Positions 1-20,827 of a DNA stretch of 64,000 nt are shown piece by piece. The stretch's first letter is position 1. Each line of letters opens with the position of its first letter. Under the pieces are notes generated by a model. That model was not told where the DNA came from. It saw only the letters and a list, made by a program, of their open reading frames with translations, and did no database searches. The DNA is from the human T2T-CHM13v2.0 reference genome, Homo sapiens: assembly GCF_009914755.1 (NCBI RefSeq), contig NC_060943.1; one strand, written 5' to 3'. A program made the translations under genes and the position numbers.

Positions 1-66
1 GAACCACTGTGCTTGGCCCCAGTAACCACAGTCTTAAAAGCAGTAGCAGCAGCTAACATTTATTGA

Positions 67-258
<192 letters not shown>

Positions 259-893
259 TAATTTTTGTATTTTTAGTAGAGATGGGGTCTCGGCCAGACT
301 GGTCTCAAACTCCTGACCTCATGTGATCCACCTGCCTCGGCCTCCCAAAGTGCTGGGGTTACAGGCATGAGGCCTCTATTTTAATTTTCAAACAGACCAC
401 CCTGTAAGGGTGGTAGGTAGTATTTTCATCACTTCCATTTTCCAGATGGAGAAACTGAGGCACAGGGCAACTAAACCATTTGCCCAAGTTAACCTGGCTT
501 GTAAGTGGTAGAGGCGAAATTCAAACCCGGAGCTCTGGAGCTTTATCCTGTCTGCCTCCTTTTCAATCTTCGCATGCCCACTTTCTCCACGATGCTGCTT
601 TGCGGTGAAAGTTACTCACCCACCATTTTACAGATGAGGAAATTGAGGCCTAGAGGGCCAACGATGCTTGGGGATGAAAAGTTTTGATGCCTGTAGGTTG
701 CAAAGCAGGGAATTTCCAGACTGGGCTCCCCCGACTGGCCCTGGCAAATATGGAAGAGACTCCAGGCTCAAGAGGGGAAGAAAGTTTCTTCCTTATCCCT
801 CACCGGTCTGGTATTGGTACAGTCAGAGGGTAGGGGCATGTTCAGGGAAGGGGTCTAGCGCCTCCTCGTGGTTATAATAATTTAAAAAGAGGG

Positions 894-1245
<352 letters not shown>

Positions 1246-1441
1246 AGAATAATAATAACGATAATTTAAAAAGAAACTCCATGATGAGGGCCACGTATTA
1301 GGTGGACGGGGGAGGGCCTGCTTACACTCTACTGGGGTGGAAGCTAGGGATGGGGGCAGAGAGACCTAATCTCATGAAGATGATTTCAGCTAATGATAAG
1401 GTAATGGCCGGGAAGCCAGTAAATGTTTGTTGAATGAGTTA

Positions 1442-1843
<402 letters not shown>

Positions 1844-1915
1844 TCAGGTGCAGTCAATAGAGCTTTCAATTATTTATTCATTCAACAGGTATTTAAGGGG
1901 CATGCCTATGTGTCA

Positions 1916-3270
<1,355 letters not shown>

Positions 3271-3349
3271 TTAAAAAATCAGATTTGTTGGACAAAGATC
3301 AGGGCTTAACCTAGGGAGGTGGGTAGAGCTAATGGAATGCGGAAAAGGC

Positions 3350-3860
3350 TGTGATTTGAAATGAGGGGATTTAGGAAGACCTCATGAGAAGGTAGCATTT
3401 GAGCAAAGACATGTAGGGGTGAGGGAGCTAGCCATGAAGTTGCTTAAGGTGGAGGACACAGCCCGTGCAAAGGCCCTGGGGCAGGGCCGTATGTTCCTGG
3501 CATGTTGGAGGAAGAGCGAAGAGGCCCGTGTGGCTGGAGCACAGTGAAGAGGGGGAGAGAGGGAGTGGGGAGGGCAGGGAGGGAACTGGGCAATTCAAGC
3601 AGGGTTTTGTGGGCCTTGGGGAGGACTTGGGCTTGTCCCTGGAGGAAAGTGGGAGCCATAGAGAGTTGTGGGCAGAAGAAGGGTGTGCCCTGACTCAGAT
3701 GCTCACAGGCAACCTCTGGTGGTGGCTGCAGGGAGGACAGACTGTGGGGTACGGGGGCTGGAGTCAGAAGACCAGCTGAGTGATGACGGGGCTGGACCAG
3801 ACAGAGGAGGGGGTGAGAAGTGGGTGAATTCTGGGTATATTTCAGAGTGTCACTGCCGCC
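3350..3860. mobile_element. L2-like fragment
   Basis: GTGCAAAGGCCCTGGGGCAGG...GAGGCCCGTGTGGCTGGAGC resembles the L2 3' region. Confidence 0.55.
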
Positions 3861-3939
3861 GTCTGCATATGGAGGAAGCTCACCCATCTCATAGTCTAGC
3901 TGGCCTGACTCCCCCAGCCCCCCAACTCCCCATGCCCAG

Positions 3940-4200
3940 GCCTGTGTCGAGTGGGCGGAAGAAAGAGATGTCAGATTCTGCATGGAAGGCGTGGGGTGGG
4001 GCTGGGCTGCAGGTGCTCCCCCAGCTCCCCCCCGCCCCATGGCTCCTCCTCCTCCACCCCCTCTCAGGGCGACAGTTACAGGCAAAGAAGAGGAAGTGGT
4101 AGCACTAGCTGTCGCTCCACAGGCGAGCAGGGCAGGCGTGCGGGCGGGTGGGTGGTGGAGGCTGCGAGGGTGCACGGCCGGCCCTGGGCAGGCGGTAGCC
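3940..4200 (+). promoter_or_regulatory. VAV1: VAV1 proximal promoter / 5'UTR (TATA-less, GC-rich)
   Basis: GC boxes (CCCCGCCCC ~4030-4038, GGGCGG 4142-4147), MYB motif CAGTTA 4073-4078, PU.1/ETS motif AAGAGGAAGTG 4088-4098; strong Kozak gccATGG at 4201. The exact TSS cannot be read from sequence. Confidence 0.85.
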
Positions 4201-4404
4201 ATGGAGCTGTGGCGCCAATGCACCCACTGGCTCATCCAGTGCCGGGTGCTGCCGCCCAGCCACCGCGTGACCTGGGATGGGGCTCAGGTGTGTGAACTGG
4301 CCCAGGCCCTCCGGGATGGTGTCCTTCTGTGTCAGCTGCTTAACAACCTGCTACCCCATGCCATCAACCTGCGTGAGGTCAACCTGCGCCCCCAGATGTC
4401 CCAG
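4201..4404 (+). CDS. VAV1: VAV1 exon 1 (aa 1-68, CH domain N-terminal half)
   Basis: [68 protein letters not shown]; donor CAG|GTGAGC. Confidence 0.98.
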
Positions 4405-5358
4405 GTGAGCCCTCCGCGGGCAGGTGTGCTGAGGGTTGGAGACGGGGGTCCTCCCCGGGGCTGACAGTCGAGGGGCTGACGTGCTGCTCCACCTCTGGGC
4501 CTGCAAAGGAGAGGGAATATGCTTACAGGTCCAGGGCTGGCCCAGGGGGTGGTCACAATCTGAGATTCTGGGGTGGCCTCCCCAAGCTTAACAGGCTCCC
4601 TGTGTGGGTTCACGGGCCCTGAGTTGGCCCGCATCTGGGCTGAGAACTGGCAAACTAGGGGTTAACTCTCTCAAGCCCCAGGCGCCTCTACTGTGGTTCA
4701 TGCCCCCAGATGGGACCAACCAGAGGTCTCGGGGGAGCTCCCCAGAACCCCCAGGGTGGCCATTGGGTTACCTGAGGCTTTGGACTCCTTTGACCCCCAG
4801 AGTCTGGATGTGGGGGAGGAGCCTCCGCCAACATCTTCCCCCACATGTGTCTCCTCCTCCCGGGCCCTGGGCCCCTTCCTTCCCCTTACATCTTCCTTCC
4901 CCTTGGCTTCCTGCCTGGGCCTGGGGCAGCATGGGGCAGGTGGGGGGCTGCAGCCCCAGGGATCTGAGCTTCCTCCCTGCATCCATCTCAGAGGAGATAG
5001 TAAGGCAGGGCCCAGTCCTGGGCTCAGAGAGTGGGTCCTGAGGTCTTGGTGCTTGGAAGAGCTGCATTTTCTCGGCAGGGATTTCTGCAGGGGCCCAGGC
5101 TGGAGGGGTGGTGGTGGATTTGACTGTGGCTGTATGAGACTGGCTCAGGAAATATATTCAAATCCCTATTTGAATGTGGTTGGGTGGGCGTGTGATGTGG
5201 CTGCATTATGTTGCTGTAGCATCATGTCTGGTTCCCCAGGGCTGCTGGGTGGGAACGGGGGACGGGGCGGGGCTGGTGGAGTCCCATCTCCTCTGGGATG
5301 AAAGGAGATACAGCCCTATCCTGGGGCCTGGGGGACACAGTCCTGCCCTGAGGTCTGA

Positions 5359-6460
<1,102 letters not shown>

Positions 6461-7379
6461 TCTGTTTCTTTAGTGCCAGGGGATTACACTGTCCTCAGCT
6501 GGGACAGGGCTTCCTGAAAGGAGAAGGCACTCCCCCCACCAACCTAAGCATCCATCCTCTGGCCACAGCCCATCCCAGCTTTGCCTACATTTGCTTAATC
6601 TTCTGGTTTCTAGGGCATGAGGAAGTAGTCATGGGATCTGTTAGGCCCCATCTGTTAGACCTGGCAGGGAGTCAAGCTCTCTGTGATGCTTCAATAGCAG
6701 CTAATGGGAAAGTGGATAGACTTAAGGATGAACTTCCATTCTTGTGTATGTCTTAGCTAAAGCTAGTTTTTGGATGAAGGACGAGGGTGCATGATGCTAA
6801 TCCCTGGGAGAGCAGCTGCACTCCAAATACAGTCCTAATCCTCTGTAACAGGGAACAACGGGAACCCAGATGGGGTCAGGCTTTATGCAAGAGGGGACAT
6901 TTGTGCTGGGGTTTTGAAGAGTAAATAGGAGTTTTTCTCATTGTTCTGGCTTCCTGTGCCCAGCTGTATCAGGCTCCAGGCTGGGCATCGGTGTACCCAG
7001 ACCCTTTCCCTCTTCGAGGGGGCACATTCCTGCCCCTACCCATTTTGTTGCCCTTTGAAGCCCGGCCGTGTGTCTGGTATGTAGTGGGGACGTGTGAGGG
7101 AAGGTAAGAGGTCTTGACAAGAAGCCAGAGGAAGCTGCCACAGGAACAACCTCTCTGGGTTTCTGGGTGCCTAACTGTCCACAGATTGAAGCAGAGCTGT
7201 GAATGCCCCATGGGATGTGAAAGGGTAGAGGGAAAAAGGAAAGGTGCTCCTGTGGAGGAAATGGCATAAATAAAGGTGTGCAGGCTGGAATGAGAATTCT
7301 TCCCAGTTTCTGTCATTTCTCTTCGGAGTCCTTCTCTTTTTTCTCAGTTGTTTCTTGGGAAGAGGGTGGAAAGAACATA

Positions 7380-8667
7380 TTCATCCATCCGTTCATCCAC
7401 CCATCCACTCATTCATCCACTCATCTATCCCTCCAATTATCCATCCATCTACCCATCCATCCATCCATTTATCCATCCATCCATCCATCCATCCATCCAT
7501 CCATCCATCCATCCATCTGCTCATCCATTCATCCATCTGCTCATCTATCCACCCATCCATCCATCCATCCATCCATCCATCCACTCCTCCATCCATCTGC
7601 TCATCCATTTATCCATCCACTCATCTATCCATCCATCCATCCATCCATCTGCTCATCCATTCATCTATCCACTCATCCATCCATCCATCCATCCATCCAT
7701 CCATCCATCCATCTGCTCATCCATTCATCCATCCACTCATCTATCCATCCATCCATCCATCCATCCATCCATCTACCCATCCACCCACCCATCTATCCAT
7801 CCATCCATCCATCCATCCATCCATCCATCCACCCACCCATCCACCCACCCATCCATCCATCCATTCATCCATTCATCCATCCACTCATCTATCCATCCAT
7901 CCTCTCATCCATCCATCCATCCATCCATCCATCCATCCATCCATTCAACCACCCACTCATTCACCCACTCATCCGTCCATCCACTCATCCATCCATCCAT
8001 CCATCCATCCACTCATTTATCCATCTATCAGTCTATCCATCCATCTACTTTTCCATCCATGTATCCACCCATCCACCCACCCACCCATTCACCTATCCAC
8101 CCACCCATCTATCCATGGATCCATCCATCCACTAATCTGTCTTTTTTATTTATTTGTTTATTTATTTACGGCGTCTCACTCTGTCACCCAGGCTGGAGTG
8201 CAGGGGCATGATCTCGGCTCACTGCAACGTCTGCTTCCTAGGTTCAAGCAATTCTCCTGCCTCAGCCTCCTGAGTAGCTGGGACTACAGGCACCCGCCAC
8301 CACGCCCGGCTAATTTTATATTTTTAGTAGAGATGGGGTTTCACCATATTGGCCAGGCTGGTCTTGAACTCCTGACCTTGTGATCCACTCGCCTCAGCCT
8401 TCCAAAGTGCTGGGATTACAGGTGTGAGCCATACGCCCGGCCCATCCATTCATCTATCTATCATCCACCTGCCCACCCACCCATCCATCCATCTACTCAT
8501 CCATCCATCCATCCATCCATCCACCCATCCCATCCATCCATCCACTCATCCACCCGTCTACTCATCTATCCATTCATCTACCCATCCATCCATTCATTCA
8601 TCCATCCATTTATCTGTTTAACTATCCATCCATCCATCCATCCATCCATCCATCCATCCATCCATCC
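7380..8667. repeat. Long (CCAT)n/(ATGG)n array split by an antisense Alu (~8150-8442)
   Basis: Imperfect CCAT tetramers at 7380-8130 and 8443-8667. Confidence 0.95.
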
Positions 8668-9203
8668 AGCAATGACAAGGTCTGCCAGGCCCTGTTCTTG
8701 GTGCTGGGGACAGTGGGAATAGCACACACACACAAAAACCCCTGTTGTTGAGGAGCCTGCATTCTAGTGGGGGAGGCTGACAGTGAAGAAATAAGACAAT
8801 GTATAAGTCATCAGGAGGTGGTATGTACTGCTCTGGAGAAAACAAAGTGGAACAGGGTATGAGGGGGGCACTTTGACGAGGAGGGCTAGTGGTAAGGTGA
8901 CATTGCAGCAGAGACCTGGGGAAAATTAAGGAATGAATCATGTGGATCTGGGGAAATGGTGTTCCAGACAGTGGTTACTGCCAGTGCAAAGGCCCTGAGG
9001 TAGGAGCCAGTCAGTGCCTGTATGTTCAGGGCAGTGACTGGCCCAGCTGGTGGGAATGGTGCAGGAGGTCAGGTTGGATGAATCTCCAAGCGGCTGGTCC
9101 CCTTGAGATCTGAGGCCCAGGGAGAGAATGATACCATCATGAGAAGCCACAGCTATACTGAGACACCCAACTCTCAATTATGAATTTTGTTTTTTTTAAA
9201 TGA

Positions 9204-9305
<102 letters not shown>

Positions 9306-9308
9306 TGA

Positions 9309-9554
<246 letters not shown>

Positions 9555-9883
9555 TGACCCACATGCCTCGGCCTCCCAAAGTGTTAGGATTGCAGGCGTT
9601 AAGCCACCACGCCCAGACACCACTGTGCTCTTGAAGTCCAAAATCTGGGCTGCGGAGATGGAACTTGAAGGCCAAGAGACTGGAGAGGAAAGAACAGATG
9701 GTTGGAAAGATCCACCAGGACATGGGAGCTGGTTAGACCTAGGATGTGGGCAGCTGCTGGGGCCAAGATGATGTTAAGTTCCCCAGCCCCAGTGAATAGT
9801 GGGGAGAGGGTGGGACAGTTAGAGTAGGGGGTGGACTGGGGAGTGGGTTGGGTGGTGGCTTTGGAGAGCCACACCTGGGTTCA

Positions 9884-10486
<603 letters not shown>

Positions 10487-11210
10487 TAGTGGTATGATCA
10501 CAGCTCACTGCAGCCTCGAACTCCTGTGCTCAAGCAGTCCTCCTGCCTCAGCCTCCTGAGTAGCTGGGACTACAGGTGTGCACCAGCAATACCTGGCTAA
10601 TTTTTTATTTTTTGTAGAGATGGGGTTTTGCTATGATGCCCAGGCTGGTCTTGAACTCCTGGCCTCAAGCAATTCCTCCCGCCTTGGCTTTCCAAAGTGC
10701 TGGGATTACAGGCATGAGCCACTGCACCCGGCCAGAATAGAGGTTCTTATCTCCATCCTCCCATAACAGGAAAGATGACACATGCCACCCACTGCTCTAT
10801 GCTTGCTTTCCTCACTAATCACCTTGGCAGTCTTTCCAAGTCAGTCTGTAGAGATTATAATTATTCTTTATAACATGACTGCGTATTCCATTTATTTCAA
10901 GAAAGACTTACATTTTGCTCGCCCTGTGCTAGACATTAGTCTAAACCAGGGAGGGGCCTGGCTGGATGCAGTGGTTCAGGCCTGTAATCCCAGCACTTTG
11001 GGAGGCCGAGGCGGGAGGATTGCTTGGGTACAGGAGTTAGAGGCCAGCCTGGGCAACAGAGTGTGACCTCGTCTCTATAAAAATGAAAAATAAAACTAAA
11101 ATAAAGCTGGGGGCTGGGTGCGGTGGCTCATGCCTATAATCCTAGCACTTTGGCTTACAGGTGTGAGCCACCGTGCCTGGCCCAATTATAGCTTCTAAAA
11201 AATAATAAAA

Positions 11211-11544
<334 letters not shown>

Positions 11545-11710
11545 TCATTTTCCAGCTCCTCTGCTGTGTGATCTTGGGCACATTAGTAAACCTCTCTGTT
11601 TCCTGGTTTCTCATCTGTAAAATGAGGATGCTAAATCCCTATTTACAGCATCATTGTGGGGGATAAGTGTATTATTATAAAGAACCTAGAAAAGTGTTTA
11701 GCTGCATATG

Positions 11711-11900
11711 CAGTTGTGTGTTGCTTAATAAAAGGAATCTGTTCTGAGAAATGCGTAGTTAGATGATTTCACAGTTGTGTGAACATCAGAGTACATTTAC
11801 ATAAACCTAGAGGGTACAGCATACTGCACACCTGGGCTATATGGTATAACCTATTGCTCCTAGCTACAAACCCGTACAGCATGGGACTGCACTGAATACT
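11711..11900 (+). mobile_element. Tigger3-like DNA transposon fragment
   Basis: TTCTGAGAAATGCG...ACATAAACCTAGA...TATTGCTCCTAGCTACAAACC resembles Tigger3. Confidence 0.7.
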
Positions 11901-11914
11901 TACCATTGCATTAA

Positions 11915-12453
<539 letters not shown>

Positions 12454-12461
12454 TAAAGTAG

Positions 12462-12824
<363 letters not shown>

Positions 12825-12968
12825 TAAGGCTCAGTTTACATTTTCTCTTATTCTGAGTGAAGCTGAGCCTCTTTCCTTATGTTTAAGAGCTATTTATATT
12901 TTCTTCCTGTGATACAATCTCTGTTCATATCACTTGCTTACTATTGTTGCACTTTCTAGAACTACTGA

Positions 12969-13268
<300 letters not shown>

Positions 13269-13500
13269 TGATTTTTAGGAGCTCTTTATATATAGGTTGA
13301 CTTAAATTGCAAGTCAGGTATTTGCTAGCTTTGTGGTCTTGGAGAAAAAAATAATTACTTAACCTATTGGATCCCTGATTGTCTTATCTATAAAACAGGA
13401 AATCTATAAAATAAGAATGTTGGCCGTGCACATGGCTCACTCTTGTAATCCCAGCACTTCGGGAGGCTGAGGTGGGGGATCACCTGAGGTCAGGAGTTCA

Positions 13501-13674
<174 letters not shown>

Positions 13675-14441
13675 CTAGGCAACAGAGTGAGACTCCATCT
13701 AAAATAAATAAATAAATAAATAAAAATAAAAATAAAATAAAATAAAATGGAAATGTTGACAGTACCTTTATTTCAGAGTTGTGTAAGGATTAAACATGAT
13801 AATGTAAATGAAATTCCCAGCATGGCAATTAACATATAGCGAGTGCTAAATGAATGAGAGTCATTATTTTTGTTAATTTAATTCCATTGAGTCCCAGCTG
13901 CCTGTAGGCAATGGTATATAAGTCAGGGTATGTATGTTAACTGCTGTAACAAATTGCATCATTTTGCCAGGCACAATGGCTCATGCCTATAATCCCAACA
14001 CTTTGGGAAGCCAAGGCAAGGCTAATCGCTTGAGGCCAGGAGTTTGAGACTAGCTTGAGCAACATACAAGATCCCCATCTCTACAAAATATATATATATA
14101 TTAGCAGAGCATGGTGGTGTGTGCCTATGGTCCCGGCTACCTAGGACGCTGAGGCAGGAGGATCACTTGAGCCCAGGAATTGGAGGCTGCAGTGAGCTAT
14201 AGATTGCACCGCTGCAGTCCAGCCCGGGTGACAGAGTGAGATCCTGTCTCGGAAGAAAAAAAAAAAAGGCCAGGTGCGGTGGCTCACGCCTGTAATCCCA
14301 GCACCTTGGGAGGCCAAGGCAGGTGGATCATGAGGTCAGGAGTTTGAAACCAGCCTGACCAATATGGGGAAATCCGGTTTCTACTAAAAATACATAAATT
14401 AGCCAGGCGTGGTGGCGTACGCCTGTAGTCCCAGCTACTCA

Positions 14442-14582
<141 letters not shown>

Positions 14583-15341
14583 TCAAAACACAAAACCAAA
14601 TTACATGACTTCAGTGATAGTGAGACTTTACTTCTTATTGATGTCACAATTCAGTTTGGGTCAATGTCAGGGGTTGGGGGAGGAGGGCTCTATGTTATAG
14701 AGTCTCTCCAGGGCCGAGGCTCCATCATCTCATGGTCTTAGCTTCCCGAAGGCCCTTGGAGTCTTTTCTACTGGGGAAAGAGCGCTATGAAAGAATTTCC
14801 CAGGCCAGGCCTGGAAGTGGCGCCATCACCTCCATCCTTTTTTTTTTTTTTTTTTTTTTTTTGAGACGGAGTTTTGCCCTTTTCCTCCAGGCTGGAGTGC
14901 AATGGCGCGATCTCTGTTCAGTGCATCACGGCAACCTCCGCCTCCCAGGTTCAAGTGATTCTCCTGCCTCAGCCTCCCAAGTAGCTGGGATTACAGGCAT
15001 GCACCATCACACCTGGCTAATTTTGTAGGGGTTTCTCCATGTTAGTCAGGGTGGTCTCGAACTCCTGACCTCGGGTGATCCACTCGCCTCGGCCTCCCAA
15101 AGTGCTGGGATTACAGGCGTGAGCCACCATGCCCTGCCTCCATTCTTGTTATTGGCCAGAACTTGGTCACATGGCTCCATTTAACTACGAGGGAGACTAG
15201 GAATGTGGTTAAACTGGAGCTGGGGATAAAAAGGAGATAGGTTGGTTGGACGCAAAGAAGTCACTGCCGTAGAACCTCAGGGTAATGCCTCACTGGCTCC
15301 AGAAATGCAGGTATGGAGCGGGTTTCAGGAATGCAGGTCTA

Positions 15342-15515
<174 letters not shown>

Positions 15516-15819
15516 TCAGGAAGTTGAGGCAGGAGGATCGCTTGAGCCCAGGAGTTTGATGCTGCAGTGAGCTATGATTGTGCTACCACTGTACTCCAGA
15601 CTGGACAAAAGAGTAAGACCCTGTCTCTAAATATATCTATGCAGGTCTGTGGAAATCTCAATGGGATGTAGAATAAGAAGGACCTGAGCCAAGGCCATGG
15701 GGGAGGAATTCAGCTGGGGATGAGGGAGCTGGGTGATAGCAACTTCAGCAAAATGGGTTGGGCTGATTGGAAAACCTCCTCTTACCTTGCCTGCTAGGGC
15801 CAACAGGAGGGGCATCTAG

Positions 15820-16180
<361 letters not shown>

Positions 16181-16721
16181 TGACCTCCTCTCTTGGTCCA
16201 GTGCTGGGAAATGTCACCTTTCAGGACTTTCACAGAGATGCTAGAAATCTCTGTCCCTTCCCTACTCACAGCCCTTCCCTGGTTCCCCACTGCCCTTGGT
16301 GAAAAAGACAAAATCCTCACTGTAGCCCACAAGGGCTTATGCATTTGGCCTCTGTCCATCTCTCAGCCCTTCCCTGCTCCCTCTCTACCCATTGCTCTCT
16401 GCACCGCAGCCAAATCGGCCACCCAGCACAATCCAGCCTCAGGGCCTTTGCACTGGCTCTTCCTTCTTCAGGGATTTCTCTTCCCTCAGGTATACACGGT
16501 GAGTGTTCTCTTATCTCCTTCAGGTTTCTCTTTCTCTCTCTCTCTGTCTTTTTTCGGAGAAGGGGGTCTTGCTCTATTGCCCAGGCTGGAGTGCAGTGGT
16601 GTTATCATAGCTCACTGCAGCCTCCAACTTCTGGGCTCAAGTGATCCTCTCGCCTCTGCCTCCCAAAGTGCTCGGATACAGACATGAGCCACTTCACCTT
16701 TTTCTTTTTTCTTTGTTTTAA

Positions 16722-17238
<517 letters not shown>

Positions 17239-17689
17239 TAGCTGGTCTTGAACTCATGACTTCAAGTGATCCGCCCGTCTCGGCCTCCCAAAGTGCTGGG
17301 ATTACAGGTAATGAGCCACCACGCCCAGCCCAGATTTCTTATCTGAGAGATCTTCCACTGTTTCTAGATATAAAATCATAGATTTCGCCCTCCCAACTTC
17401 CCATTCTCTTTCATGTTTTATTTTTCTCCATAGCACTTAGTGCTCTCTGACCTGTCATAGTTTTTACTTATTTGCTTATTACCTGTTTTCCACACTCAAA
17501 TGTCAAGGCAAGGATTTTTGTCTATTTTACGTCCCCCAGTGCTTTAGAACACCACCTGGCACATAGTACGGAATCAATTATTCATTTATCATATGAATAT
17601 ATGATTCTAATTGCTTCATTCATTCACTTAACACAGGGGCTGGCAAATGATAACTCATGGGCCCAAGCTGCCTCGTGTTTTAAAAATTA

Positions 17690-17841
<152 letters not shown>

Positions 17842-18243
17842 TTAAAAAATTAAAAATAAAAATTATGGCTGGGTGCAGTGGCTCACGCCTGTAATCTTAA
17901 GACATTGGGAGGCTGAGGCAGGAGGATCACTTGAGCCCAAAAGTTTGAGATCAGCCTGGGCATCCTGGCAAAACCCCATCTCTACAAAAAATATAAAAAT
18001 TACCTGGGTGTGATGGTGTGCGCCTATAGGCCCAGCTACTCAAGAGGCTGAGGTGGAAGGATCACTTCAGCCTGGGAGATGGAGGTTGCAGTGAACCACG
18101 ATTGCACCACTGCACTCTAGCCTGAGCAACAGAGACAGGGTCTCAAAACAAAATGAAACAAAACAAAATAAAAATTATTTTATTTATTTACTTTTCTTGT
18201 TATTGATTTGAAGTTTACTATTTTTATATTTTATTATTATTAT

Positions 18244-18319
18244 TTTTGGTATTCCGCATATTCAGAAAAACTTCTCTAGTAACAATCTATATAAAAATGA
18301 TCCCTGAAAGTAGAGTCTT
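18244..18319 (-). pseudogene. 3'-truncated U3 snoRNA retropseudogene (5' ~75 nt)
   Basis: Reverse complement AAGACTCTACTTTCAGGGATCATTTTTATATAGATTGTTACTAGAGAAGTTTTTCTGAATATGCGGAATACC matches the U3 5' end (AAGACUAUACUUUCAGGGAUCAUUUCUAUAGUGUGUUACUAGAGAAGUUUCUCUGAACGUG...); A-rich tract follows on the minus strand. Confidence 0.88.
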
Positions 18320-18859
18320 ACTGCCTTATTTTGAAAATAAAATTTAACCAATACACGGTCAGGCCCATTTGTTGACACGCTGTCTATTTTTTTTTTTTTT
18401 TTTTTGAGATGGAGTCTTGCTCTGTCATCCAGGCTGGAGTGCAGTGGCCTTCAGGTCTGGCTGGATCCAGGGGCTCAGGCAATATCTCAGGACACCTCCT
18501 CCCCACCCTTGGTCTTTCCATCTCTCTCTCTCTATTTTTTGTTTGTTTGCTTTTTTGTGTTTTGAGACAGGGTCTCACTCTGTCACCAAGGCTGGAGTGC
18601 AGTGGTGCGATCTTGGCTCACTGCAACCTCCATCTCTTGGCCTCCAGTGATCTTCCCACCTCAGCCTCCTGAGTAGTTGGGACTACAGGTGCACACCACA
18701 ATGCCAGGCTAATTTTTGTATTTTTAGTAGAGATGGGGTTTCACCAAGTTGGCAAGGCTGGTCTTGAACTCCTGACCTCAAGCAATCTTCCCCGCCTTGG
18801 CCTCCAAAAATGCTGGGATTGCAGGCGTGAGTCACTGCACCCAGCCCTCCATCTCTTAA

Positions 18860-19127
<268 letters not shown>

Positions 19128-19144
19128 TAAAAACATTAAAACAC

Positions 19145-19515
<371 letters not shown>

Positions 19516-19698
19516 TCAAATGATCCTTCTGCCTCAGCCTCCCAAAGCTCTTAGATTACAGGAATGAGCCACCACATCCAGCCTGCTCTAAATTTATATT
19601 CTCATCACTCTGAGTTCGATGGAAAATAGGGGGGTTGGCTTTCTGGTCACTGAAGCCAAGGTCCTAGCATTATCCTTCGTTGAACATGATTCTTTTTA

Positions 19699-19729
<31 letters not shown>

Positions 19730-20269
19730 TTGAGACTGAGTCTTGCTCTGTTGCCCAGGCTGGAGTGCAGTGGCACAATCTCGGCTCAGTGCAACCTCCA
19801 CCTCCTGGGTTCAAGTAATTCTTGTGCCTCAGCCTCCCTATAGCCGGGATTACAGACAGGTAGGTGCCACCACACCTGGCTAATTTTTGTATTTTTAGTA
19901 GAGACGGGGTTTCACCAGATTGGCCAGGCTGGTCTTGAATGACCTCACGTGATCTGCCCACCTCGGCCTCCCCAAGTGCTGGGATTACAGGTGTGAGCCA
20001 CTGCACCTGGCTGTTTGAACATGATTCTTTTTTTGTGGAGGTGGGAGGTGGCTGGTCACATGTCTATTTCTGAACCGGCTGCTGTGGCCAGGAGAATACC
20101 ATGCTCTGATGGGCCAGGCCAGGGTCATGTGCCTATTCCTTGAGTTGAGGTTGGGGTGGCTTCCACAGAGGAAACTGAGGAACTGTTACCTCAGAAGGGT
20201 AAATAAGATGTCAGGAGGCAATCAGTGTTTATATGTGCAGTGACTTCTAAATTTAAGCCAGAATTTCCG

Positions 20270-20460
20270 ATTCTCAGTCCTGTTGACATGTGGGGCCGGA
20301 TCATTTTTTGTCCTGGGAGCTGCCCTGTGTATTCTAAAATGCTTAGCAGTATGCTTGGACTCTATCCATTTCACACAAGTAGCACCTCTCCCCAGTATCT
20401 CCAGACATCGCCAAATGTCCCCTGGGAGGCAGAATCGCCCTGGGGGCGGGCAAACCAGTT
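20270..20460. mobile_element. MER20-like DNA transposon
   Basis: TCTCCAGACATCGCCAAATGTCCCCTGGG. Confidence 0.7.
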
Positions 20461-20574
20461 TTGGAGGGAGTGAGCTTGCTGTCTTGGGGAAAATCCAAAG
20501 AGATCTGATGATTACTGGCTGAGAACAGCAAAGAAGAGATTGAGGGCTTCTTTGAATTAGAATATTTATTTTAA

Positions 20575-20827
<253 letters not shown>

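Noticed and set aside
3444-4235. 263-aa antisense ORF across the promoter
   Set aside because: GC-rich promoter plus L2-like sequence; no coding signature
7278-8383. Three long His/Pro/Ser/Ile ORFs (285-342 aa)
   Set aside because: Translations of the stop-free CCAT microsatellite in all three frames
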